From Malacoraja senta (taxonomy: Eukaryota), in contig CM075985.1 in assembly GCA_038087875.1 (NCBI GenBank), forward strand, positions 40,486,001 through 40,550,000: DNA of 64,000 nucleotides, read 5' to 3'. The notes beneath the pieces were generated by a model, which saw only the letters and a list, made by a program, of their open reading frames with translations, was not told the DNA's origin and made no database searches. Within the stretch, counting starts at the first letter, position 1. Every line of letters starts with the position of its first letter. The position numbers were made by a program, and so were the translations under genes. Shown here piece by piece: positions 1 to 10,200 of this stretch.

Positions 1-490
1 GCCAATACATGATTACAATCGATGCATTATCAGTGTATATACATGGTAAGGGAATAACGTTCAGTGAAAGGTAAAGCCAGCAAAGTCCGATCAAGGATAG
101 TCCGAGGGTCACCAAAGAGGTGGGTAGTAGTGTTACCACTGCTCTCTGGTTGTGGTAGGATAATTCAATTGCCTGATAATAGCTGGGAAGAAACTGTCTC
201 TAAATCTGATGGCGTTCCTTTTCACTCTTCTATACCTTTTGCCTGATGGGAGAGGGAAGAAGAGGTGGTGGCCAGGGTGCGACTCGTCCTTGATTATGCT
301 GCTAGCCTTGTGGAGGAAGCGTGAGGTATAAAAGGAGTCAATAAAAGGGAGGTTCGTTTGTGTGATGGTCTGGGCTATGTCCACAATTTGCTGCAATTTC
401 TAACCGTCTTGGATGGAGCTGTTCCAAAACCAAGCGGCGATGCATCCTGATAAAATGCTTTCTATGGTGCATCTGAAGAAGTTGATGACA
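1..490 (-). mobile_element. Rex1/Babar-like LINE, 3' fragment
   Basis: Minus strand reads NFFRCTIESILSGCI, then YTSRFLHKASSIIKDESHPGHHLFFPLPSGKRYR...FRDSFFPAIIRQLN, the typical Rex1/Babar ORF C-terminus. The 3' UTR matches 47050-47320. Confidence 0.8.
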
Positions 491-529
491 GTAAGTGGAC
501 ATTAACTTACTTTAATATTTTTTTTGTAG

Positions 530-1434
530 CAAATTTGCTGGCAATTGTCATTTTCTCTCGTGGAAATTGCGGACTCTCGAAATGCATCACTCGTTACCTG
601 GTGGGCATGGCTGTGGGCGATTTCATGGTCCTGATAACTGAAGTGATCCTCTATGAGATTGTCAACGGATACTTCCCATTCTCGATATTCAACCACACCC
701 CATTCTGCAGATGGAACCTTGTGGTCCACTTTATTTCCATCGACTGCTCGGTTTGGCTAACTGTGGCCTTCACCTTTGATCGGTTCACTGCTATATGTCA
801 TCAGTCCTTGCGGACCAAGTATTGCACTGAAAAGACGGCAGCTGTGGTGATAGTGGTGATGTGTTCCTTAAGCGTTTTGCAGAATGCTCCATTCTACTTT
901 ATATACGAACCGCGAGAAATAATTGACAATATACAGTGGTCCTGCTATGTAAAGTCAACTTTTTATACGTTATCCATCTGGGTAGTATTCTTGTGGTTGG
1001 AAACCGTGTTAACAACTATTTTCCCTTTTGTGTTAATTTTGCTGCTCAACTCATTAACTATCAGGCACATTATCCTGGCAAATAGAGTGAGGAGTGGACT
1101 CCGGGCAATCAAACAAGCTGAGAAGCACACCGATGCCGAGATGGAGAACCGAAGGAAATCAATAATTTTGCTTCTCGCTATTTCTGGCAGCTTTATTTTG
1201 TTGTGGATGGTTATTTTTATATATTACATATATGTGCAATTTACTGACACACAGTTTTTGGAAGCAAGTTACAACGACCCATTCACCATAATGGAACAAA
1301 CTGGATATATGCTGCGGTGTTTGAGTTGTTGCACAAACACTATTATTTATGCAGTGTCCCAGAAGAAATTTAGAGAGGAAGTTAAGAATATGGTTAAAGC
1401 TCCTTTCATTCTCATTACGAATGCAATCAAATAG
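530..1434 (+). CDS. Terminal coding exon of a class A GPCR, GPR139/GPR142-like (first exon lies upstream of the window)
   Basis: Acceptor ttttttttgtag ends at 529. The phase-1 exon begins (A)NLLAIVIFSRGNCGLSKC. TM2 MAVGDF, TM3 Cys and DRF, ECL2 WSC, TM5 FPF, TM6 FILLW, TM7 NTIIY, helix 8 KKFREEV. Open to TAG at 1432-1434. Confidence 0.9.
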
Positions 1435-1439
1435 GTTTG

Positions 1440-1530
1440 ACACAAAACCTGGAGTAACTCAGTGGGACAGGCAATATATCTGGGGAGAAGGAATGGGTAA
1501 CGTTTTGGGTCGAGTCTCTTCTTTGACTGG
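1440..1530 (-). mobile_element. Penelope-derived short repeat (pseudo-LTR fragment)
   Basis: ggagtaactcagtgggacaggc...gaaggaatgggtaacgttttgggtcgag motif, recurring many times in the window and contiguous with GIY-YIG remnants at 20363-20895 and 62495-62935. Confidence 0.6.
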
Positions 1531-1560
1531 CTACATAAAATGTATTACTTTATTGAAAAT

Positions 1561-1878
1561 CCAGAACTACGGGTCACAGTTTAAGGATAAGGGGGGGAGT
1601 CTTTTAGGACCGAGATGAGTAAAACATTTTTCACACAGAGAGTGGTGAATCTGTGGAATTCTCTGCCACAGAAGGTAGTTGAGGCCAGTTCATTGGCTAT
1701 ATTTAAGAGGGAGTTAGATGTGGCCCTTGTGGCTAAAGGGATCAGGGGGTATGGAGAGAAGGCAGGTATAGGATACTGAGTTGGATGATCAGCCATGATC
1801 AAATTGAATGGCGGTGCAGGCTCGAAAGGCCGAATGGCCTACTCCTGCACCTATTTTCTATGTTTCTATGTTTCTATG
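1561..1878 (+). mobile_element. CR1 LINE 3' fragment (lineage A)
   Basis: Closely matches the 3' end of the full-length CR1 (18820-19137) and ends in (tttctatg)n. Confidence 0.9.
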
Positions 1879-2934
1879 ACATGAATAAGTTTCTGCTGGC
1901 GTAACTCAGCGGGACAAGCAGCATCACTGGATAAAACGAATGTGTCTCGACCTGAAAGGTCACCCATTCCTTCTATCCAGAGATGCTGCCTGTCCCTCTG
2001 AGTTACTCCAGCATTTTGTGTCTGCCTTCGGTGTAAACCAGCATCTGCAGTTCCTTCCTACACATGAATAACTTCCTTGTTGTCTACATGGAAGTTATTC
2101 CAGTAGCTGTGTACATGGCACTCCTGAGAGTGAATACGGCTGACATTTGTTATCATATCGACAAATGTTTTGACCCAATACAGAACAACCCTGTACTAAT
2201 AAAAGATAGAATATAGAACAGTACAGCATATGAATATTCCATTCGGCCTATGACTTCACTGCTGATCACGACATCAAGTTAAACGTATCTCCTCTACCTG
2301 CGCAGAACCCATGTTTCTTCCATTCGCGGTATTTCTATGCACTATTCAAACGTCTCTCAAACACCAGTATAATATGTGGTTCCATCACTACCACCACCAG
2401 CACGTTCCAGGCAGCCACCAATATTAGTGGGAAAATACACAAATATTTTTAAATGATGCCCTCTCACCTTAAAACCCAGTCCTTTGATATTTGACATATC
2501 CACCTTTGGAAAAAGTTGAAACGATTAAGCAATATATAATTAATGATGGAAGTCGAATATGCTGCGATGTGGGAAGGAAGATGGGGTTAGTTTCCTGACT
2601 TGCATATGTTGTGAGTCTGTTGGTATCCAAAATTATATTTGGGGAAACACACAGATATTCTTTTCAACAAGCAACATTTTTATTTTTACCTGTACTTCAC
2701 CGGCCCAGTGCATGTGACACTAAATCAAATTGACTTGAACTTTGAGACATAAGTAAGGCCAGTTTTGTAATGCATTTCCACGTCACTTACTGAAATATAA
2801 TGTGAATTTAAAAGTGAAGTGTAATAAATCCCTGCAATAAAGTAGCTGTTCAAATATAAAATGAGCTTTTAATTTTGTATTCGTTAATTTCTACTCCCCC
2901 TGTAAATCACATACATGGATTGTCATTCACAAAT

Positions 2935-3895
2935 AAGATTCTCAGAAGGCCTTTGATAAGGTGCCACATGTGAGGCTACTAAACAAGATCGCTTATTATG
3001 ATATTATATGCAATATGGTATTAGACAGTATTAGAGGCAAGGTACTAGCAAGGTTAGAAGATTGGCTGACTGGCAGGCGGCAAAGGGAGGGCAAAAACTG
3101 GGGCTTTTTTGGTTGGCTGCCGGTGACTAATAGTGGTCTGCAGGGGATGGTGCTTTTGGTCTGCTACCTTTCATATTATTAGCTAATGATCGGGTTGAGG
3201 GAATTGGTGGCTTTATGGCCAAGTTTACGAATGATATGAAGATAGGTGGAGGGGCAAGTAGCGTTGAAAAATCAGGGAGGCTGCTGAAGGACATGGACAG
3301 GTTGGGAGAGTGGGCAAAGAGTTTGTAAATGGACCACAGTCTAGCAATGTTTATAGCAATCACTTTGGTAAAAGCAATTAAGGATAAACAATGTTCAAAA
3401 TGGTGTGAGGATTCAGAAACCGGAGGTGCAAAGGGACTTGATAGTGCAGGTGTATAATTCCTAAACGCGGAATTTGCAGGTTGAACTGGTAGTAAGGAAG
3501 GCAAGTGCGATGTTTTCATTCATTTTGAGAGGACTAGAATATAAACGTGTAAGACTGAGGCCTTGTGAGGTGATGGTCAGAAAATTTTTGCATTACTATG
3601 AGCAATTTTTGGTCCATATCTGAGGAAGGATGTGCTGTTGTTGGAGAAGATCCAGAGAAGGTATACATCAATGATCCCTGGGATGATTGGGTTAACATAT
3701 GAGGAGTGTTTGTTGAGTCGATGTATTCACTGGAGTTTAGAAGGATGAGGGGGGATTTCATTGAAACCTACTGAATAATGAAAGACCTAGCTAGAGTGGA
3801 TGTGGAGAAGATGTTTCCACGAATGGAAAATTCTCGGACCAAAGGGCACAGCCTCAAAATAAAATGACATACTTTAGAATGAAAATGAGAAGGGA
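2935..3895 (+). mobile_element. Decayed CR1 RT/3' fragment
   Basis: AFDKVPH-like start, WLTGRRQR, and KFTNDMKIGG-like remnants with many stops and frameshifts. Confidence 0.75.
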
Positions 3896-3964
3896 ATTAT
3901 TTCAGGCAAAGTCTGCAGAGGACAGCAAGATTGCTGATGGCATAGACTGAGAGGAACACTGTCC

Positions 3965-4800
3965 ATGTACAAGCATGATGTAGATCAGCTACAGAAATGG
4001 ACAGAGAAAATTGCAGATGGAGATGAATCTGAGCAAGTATGACGTGTTGCTGTATGGGAGGTCAAAATAAGGGGGAATATACAATTGATGACGCGACTCT
4101 TAGCAGCATTGATGTATGGACCATGGGGTCCAATTCCACAACTCCCCGAAAGTGGCCCTACAAGTAGATGGAGAGGTAAAGAAGCTAAATGTTATGCTTG
4201 TCTTCACTCTCCAGGACACTGAGTTGAAGAGTCAGGAAGTCATGGTGCAACTTCATTGGATTTTGAATAGGCAGCTTTGGAGTATCATGTGATATTCTGG
4301 TCGCCCCATTAAAGGAAGGAAACGGAGGCTTTGGAAAATATGCAGTTGAATATCACCAGAATGATGACTGGGAGGCATTAGCTACAGGGAAAAGTGGACA
4401 GACTTGGATTGTTTTCTCTGAAATGATGGAGATTGCAGGTGGATCAGATAGAAGTATATAAAATTAAGACAGGCATAGATAGTGTTGACAGAATCTATTT
4501 CCAGGATGGAAATGTCAAAGAATATATGGCATAGCTTTAAGGTGAGAGGGGAATAGTTTAAAGGAGATGCGTGGGCAAGATTTTTACATGGACGGTGATA
4601 AGTGTATGAAACTCACTGCCAGAGGTGGTGTTGGTGGCAGATACCATCGTGACATTAAAGAGTACTTTGGATAAACATGGATATGCATGGAAGGGTAGGA
4701 TATGGGTTATGTGCAGGCAGAGAAGGGTTGGCATCATGTCTTGCACTGACATTAAGGGTTGAAGGACTTGCTCGTGGGTACTATTCTATGTTCTATGTTG
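3965..4800 (+). mobile_element. Decayed CR1 3' fragment (older subfamily)
   Basis: Recognisable CR1 C-terminal and 3' UTR similarity, ending ctattctatgttctatgtt. Confidence 0.7.
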
Positions 4801-5505
4801 CCTATCCATCCAGAGATGCTGCCAGACCCACTGAGTTACTGCAGCTATTTGTGTCTCTTTCGATAAAGCACCCTCTGCAGTTCCTTGTGTCTGCGTCTAG
4901 AAATTACTGTAATTAATACCTCGTTTCTGCACAGGGGACATGGTTGCAGCCTTTAGCAGCAATGACATCACGAGAAAGTCTTCTGCAATGAACAGTGAAA
5001 ATGCTAAGATTAGTTGCATGATATTAATTGATTTTTAATAATGTAACCCGCAGCCTCTATGATGTGCAATTTATGCTAACTTGCGGGAGCTGAGACATTG
5101 ACAATACTCTTCTTGTAAATAATTGATTCAAAGCTACATAGATATTGAAAGGTTATTGCCAGGGCCTGGGCACGTTTTTATTTTCCTTACTTGCTTCAGG
5201 AACTATAATACATCGCAACTATATCAAGAGATTTATTAGAAGCATCTGATGCCACCTTTAATTTTTATACCACGCAGAATCTCAATTACATTTTCCTTAG
5301 CTGGGAATAGCAACCTCTTGTTTTGTTATTAACACTATTGCTATATATATTTATTCAGATCCTCAGCTACACTCTATGTCATCTGTAAACAAAGTATTTT
5401 CCCTTCTGTGATTAGCCTCCCGCATTCTCAATCATAGGCCGGCAGACTATCTTTGGAATTCTTGTTATGTCTTCTTGGGGTCATTGCTTTATAATTGTTC
5501 CAAGA

Positions 5506-5706
5506 GAGACGCAAAAATCTGGAGTAACTCAGCGGGAGATGCAGCATCTCTGTGGAGAAGGAATGAGTGATGTCTCGGGTCGAGACTTCTTCAGTCTGAA
5601 GAAGGGTCCTGACCCAAAATGTCACTCTCCAGTGCTGCCTGTTCCGCTGAATTATTCCAGCGTTTTGTATCTTTCTTCAGTTTAAACCAGCATCTGCAGT
5701 TCCTTC
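5506..5706. repeat. Inverted (head-to-head) pair of Penelope-derived repeats forming a ~200-bp palindrome
   Basis: Left arm ctggagtaactcagcgg...gggtcgagacttcttcag and right arm ctgaagaagggtcctgacccaaaatgtcac...ccgctgaattattccag are reverse complements, centred on cttcagtctgaag. Confidence 0.75.
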
Positions 5707-6431
5707 TAACACTTATAATTGTCACAGTTTGTTGACTTATTTCATTTATTTTACTTCTCTATGAACCTACATTAATCCACCTCAATCTCATTTGTGTTAA
5801 CAATCTTTGGAGACTACTCAACAGGCTTTTAGATAGGCATTTGTATATGCAGTGAAGGAAGGGCATGGCTCAGGTGCAGGCAGATGAGGTTAGTTAATGT
5901 TGGCATCATGTTGGGCATGGAAATTGTGCATCAAAGGGCTGGTTCCAGTGACATCCACCCAGTTCTCATTTATTTAAAAACTGACATCTGCCATATATAC
6001 TTTGTTTTTACTCTTCCTAATTATCTTCATCCCGGCAGTGACAGTTTTAGTGTCCCTGCCTTTCTCCCTCATGGGATATTTCCACTTTGATATTTTTGCC
6101 AACAAGCTTCCATATACCAAGTTACTCATGCATAGGAAGGAACTGCAGATGCTAAATTTAAACCGAAGATAGACACAAAATGCTGGAGTACATCAGAGGG
6201 ACAGGCAGCATCTCTGGAGTGAAGGAATAGGTGACGTTTCGGGTCGAACACCTTCTTCAGACGCATGCTGAATCATAGGCCAGTAGAATATCTTTGGATT
6301 TATCTTAATGTATTTTTGGGTAGACTGTTTTTTAATGTTCCCAGTTTGTTCCCTTATTCCTTTTACTTCCTTCTGAACCAACAGAAATTCACCCAGATCT
6401 CATTTGTGTTAAAAAAAAAAAACAACTTTGA

Positions 6432-6740
6432 GGGCAGCATAATGGCACATCTAGTGGAACTCCGGTCTCACAACGCCAGAGACTCGGGTTCGATCCTAAC
6501 CGTGGGTGCTTCCTATGTGGAGTTTGCATGCTCTCCGGGTGACTGCGTGGGTTTCCTCCGGATGTGTCCATTTCCTCCCACATTCCAAAGATGTGCCGAT
6601 TTGTAGGTTAATTAGCCCAGTGTAAGTTGGCCCCCATGTGTAGGGAGTCTATGAGAAAGAGGTATAACATAGAACTAGTGTGAACGAGCCAAACGGCATG
6701 ATCCATGCTGTATCTCCAAACTAAACTGAACTAAACTAAA
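6432..6740 (+). mobile_element. tRNA-derived SINE (HE1/V-SINE-like)
   Basis: B-box GGTTCGATCC at 6487-6496, central gtggagtttgcatgctctcc...gtgggtttcctccg domain, (ctaaa)n tail. Confidence 0.8.
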
Positions 6741-7360
6741 CCAGATCTGTTGCCATCCCTTCTCCAATTGATCATATTTAACGAGAAAATCTGCATCCAT
6801 TTCTATTGTTATTTCCAAGAAGTTTCCCATCAGGTCATAATGTCGTACAACATGGAAACAGGCACTTCGGTACAACTTGCCCATACCAACCAGGATGTTC
6901 CATCTACACCTGCCCCACCTGCCTGCACTTGGCCCATATTCATCGAAACATTTCCTATCCATGTACATGTCCAACTGCGTTTGCTGTTGCCTCTCAGGGC
7001 CTGGATCAAGTCACAAACACATGTCCTGCAAAATGCTGTCTAACCACCATCGGAAGAAAGGTCCTGACCCACAATGTCACCTACTCATTCTCTCCACAGA
7101 TGCTGCCTGACCTACTGAATTAATCCTACACTTTGTGTTTTACTCAAGATTCCAGCAAACATTTTTTGTCTATCTAATGCTACATATATTTTTGAATCAC
7201 AAATGTTGTCATCAAGAAAGATCGCTTGAAATCAGTTCCGAAACTCCCACCTGCACCTCTTTACTGTGTTGTTATCCAGTTCTATATTTAGATGTTTGAA
7301 GTCTAAAGTTTTTACCTCTATGCTCTGTGCCTGGAATTGCTCACAATACCTCAAGTTTGC

Positions 7361-7629
7361 GGGCGGCACAGTGGGGCACTGCCACACGGAGCCAGCGACC
7401 CGGGTTCTATGCTGATCTCAGTTGCTGTCTGCACGGAGTTTGCATGTTCTCCTTGTGACTGCATGGGTTTCCTCTAGGTGCTCTGGTTTCCTTCCACATG
7501 TGCGGGTTTGCCCCTAATGTGTAGGGAGTGGATGCTATAGTGGGATTACATGGAACTAATGTGAACCGGTGATCACTGTGGACTCAGAGGGCTGAAGGTT
7601 CAGTTTCGATGCTCTATCTCTAAACTAAA
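7361..7629 (+). mobile_element. tRNA-derived SINE (HE1/V-SINE-like)
   Basis: gggcggcacagtgg head, same central domain, ctctaaactaaa tail. Confidence 0.8.
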
Positions 7630-8318
7630 TATCCTTCCCAGATGTCGAATTCAACCAATAAAGCAATTAGCCATGATTGCTTTTGAATGCGGGACAGTTT
7701 TATTTTATTATTGACTAATTTAGGACATACTCTCTCTCCAGATCTGCAATATTCTCACTAATAAAAATTGCCTCTTCCTCCATTATCTTCATTTTCCCCA
7801 TTTTCCTGTACAGTCTGATCCCAGGAATGTTTTGACGCAGACCTGGTCTTTATATATTTAACTAGGTCTGTATTATTGTCTCAATATCACAATTGTGTCA
7901 AATTCACCAACATTATTTAATACTTTTCTTGATTTCGCAAACTTGGCTGCATACTCCCCAAGCACGTCTTGTTTTCACATATTATCAGAATTTTGCCCAT
8001 ACATTTACTTTAACTCTCCCTCATCCGAAATCCTTAAAATCTGCCGTTGTGGCTTGTCTGACTCTTTAATTTATTCACACGCAGATCAACATTTGTGATT
8101 ATTTCCCTCCAACCTTCATTTGAATCTGTTCAGTGATATCTGCTGGACTTGGCTTGAAATGCGATATGTCAAAAGAGGCAAATATTAGAAGGTTATCATG
8201 CAGGAAAGAGCCACTGTCATAAAAACTGGAAAAGGTGGAAATATTCAACGGGTTATGCAGCATAAGTGGAGAGAGGATGCATGCAACTATAATTTTATTT
8301 CGAAGTCACGTGAGTGAC

Positions 8319-8353
8319 TACGTGAGGAGCCCGCCAGTCCGCATGCGCGTCAA
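8319..8353 (+). repeat. DIRS left inverted terminal repeat
   Basis: tacgtgaggagcccgccagtccgcatgcgcgtcaa is the near-perfect reverse complement of ttgacgcgcatgtggactggggggttctttacgta at 13025-13059. Confidence 0.85.
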
Positions 8354-8744
8354 TACGCGAGACGCAATGCGGCGGGCCGGAGCAGTTCGCAACTGCTCTG
8401 GCAGGTAAGTACATTTTACTTTCAGCGGGCCGCTGCGACAGCGGTCCCACAGTAGCTCATGGAGGTGGCCGCTCTTGCGGCTGCTGCCATTGGAGCACCG
8501 TACGGGAGCAGGTGGCCGATTTCGGAGGCCGCCGTGGAAGCTCGATAGGATCTCGGGTTCATTATTGCCGGCCGGATTTTAGCCACCGTGGAACTCCATT
8601 AGGAGTTGGGGCTGCCGGTATGGCTTGGAAACTCGCTGCTAAAAATAGCAGCAGACGGTGTATTAATATAGCCGCGGCTTTGTTTCGTATCACTGCTAAG
8701 TTTACAGCGACCGGTGTTAGCCGCGGCCAGGGCAGTGAACGGCT

Positions 8745-8970
8745 GCCATAGCGCCGATATAATTTTTTAACATAGAAATGCTGCTGAGGCAGCATACGCT
8801 GCTATCAGCATTATAGTTTGCCATAGCGCCTATAAACGTTTTAAACATAGAAATGCTGCTGAGGCAGCATACGTTGGTATCAACATTTTTAGTGTGCCAT
8901 AGTGCCTATAAATTTTAAACATAGAAATGCTGCTGGAACAGCATACGCTGGTATCAGTATGTAGTGTGTG
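8745..8970 (+). repeat. 75/76-bp tandem repeat x3 inside DIRS copy 1
   Basis: gccatagcgcc...aacatagaaatgctgctgaggcagcatacg units start at 8745, 8820 and 8896. Confidence 0.9.
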
Positions 8971-9743
8971 CTCTATTCGTCGGGGCATTGGATATATTAC
9001 ACATAGCTCTTTAATTTAAGTCAAAATCTGAAGTAGTGGTTAAGGTAGTTAAAATTGAGCGAGCAGTTTTTAATAGCAGTTGCTGTTCGCTCATTCGGTC
9101 ACGTTTGTGACTATCGCAGCAGATAGGACATTTTTATCATACACAATATTGTGTAGAAAAAATGTGACTTGACTTTTTGACGCAGTATGTAACTCCACTG
9201 GAGTGGGTGGCTGTTCGGAGGAACTCCAGTGATGCTCCAGAAAAGAGCTCCTGGCTTGAAGCCTTTTTTCGTCTGTCTATCAGACACCTGTGGAGCTATA
9301 CCTAGTGCAGGGTTGCAGTATTTCTCCCACTGTCTAGCAGACTATCGAGAAGAGGTGACTCCGATTATAATGCCGGCTCATCCGAGTCATATGGGGGCCA
9401 GAGGCGCTCCAGTCCTTCCTAAAATATTCCGTTGGGGCTCCAGAAGGGAGTAAGGACTCGGAGTCACTAACCTGTCTGGTAAGTGTAACGATGATATTGA
9501 CAGAGCACCGATCTGCACAGCTAGTCCCGATCGGCTCCTAGAGGGAGCAGCTTGACAGCCCCGAGTCGGGGCAAAGTGAAAGCCAAGTCCGTGGGACAAG
9601 TCCTGTCGGACGATTTGGGTCAAAGGGATTCTGTCCCCACATCTATGGCAGATGTGATTGGGCGTTTCTCAATTAGAACATCTGATGAATCAGATGGTGG
9701 CACGAGAAATGTTGCGTGTTACGAAGGCATATCAGGCAGCAGT

Positions 9744-10200
9744 CCTGGTTCAGGGTTGAAATATTCCTCCCACTCGGATGAAAGGAGTGGTGGAGATGGT
9801 GCCAAAGTATATGCACATAAGCCTGAGGCAGCTCCTGGTTCAGGGTGGCAATATTCCTCCCACTCGGATGAAAGGAGTGGTGGAGATGGTGCCAAATTAC
9901 ATGCACATAAGCCGGAGGCAGCTCCTGGTTCAGGGTGGCAATATTCCTCCCACTCGGAGGAAAAAAGTGATGGAGATGGTGCCAAATATTATGCTCCGTA
10001 TTATGGAAGCATGCACAGGCAGTTCAAGTCATATGCCTGTAGCTACCCCTGGTTCAGGGTTGGAATATTCTTCCCACTCGAAGGACTATCGGGGATGGTG
10101 CCACAAAATATGCTCTGTGTTACGGAAGCATGCACAGGCAGTCCGAGGCATATGCAAGTGGCAACGCCTGGTTCGGGGTGCACTATTTCTCCCACTCTAA
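9744..10200 (+). repeat. 90-bp tandem repeat (3 regular + 2 diverged units) in the DIRS gag-like region
   Basis: cctggttcaggg anchors at 9744, 9834, 9924, 10048 and 10167. ORF 9552-10229 reads it as 30-aa PGSGWQYSSHSDERSGGDGAK repeats. Confidence 0.9.

Noticed and set aside
6432-6500. tRNA genes at SINE heads (also 7361, 29721)
   Set aside because: A/B-box-like motifs run straight into SINE body and tail, and no complete cloverleaf is evident.
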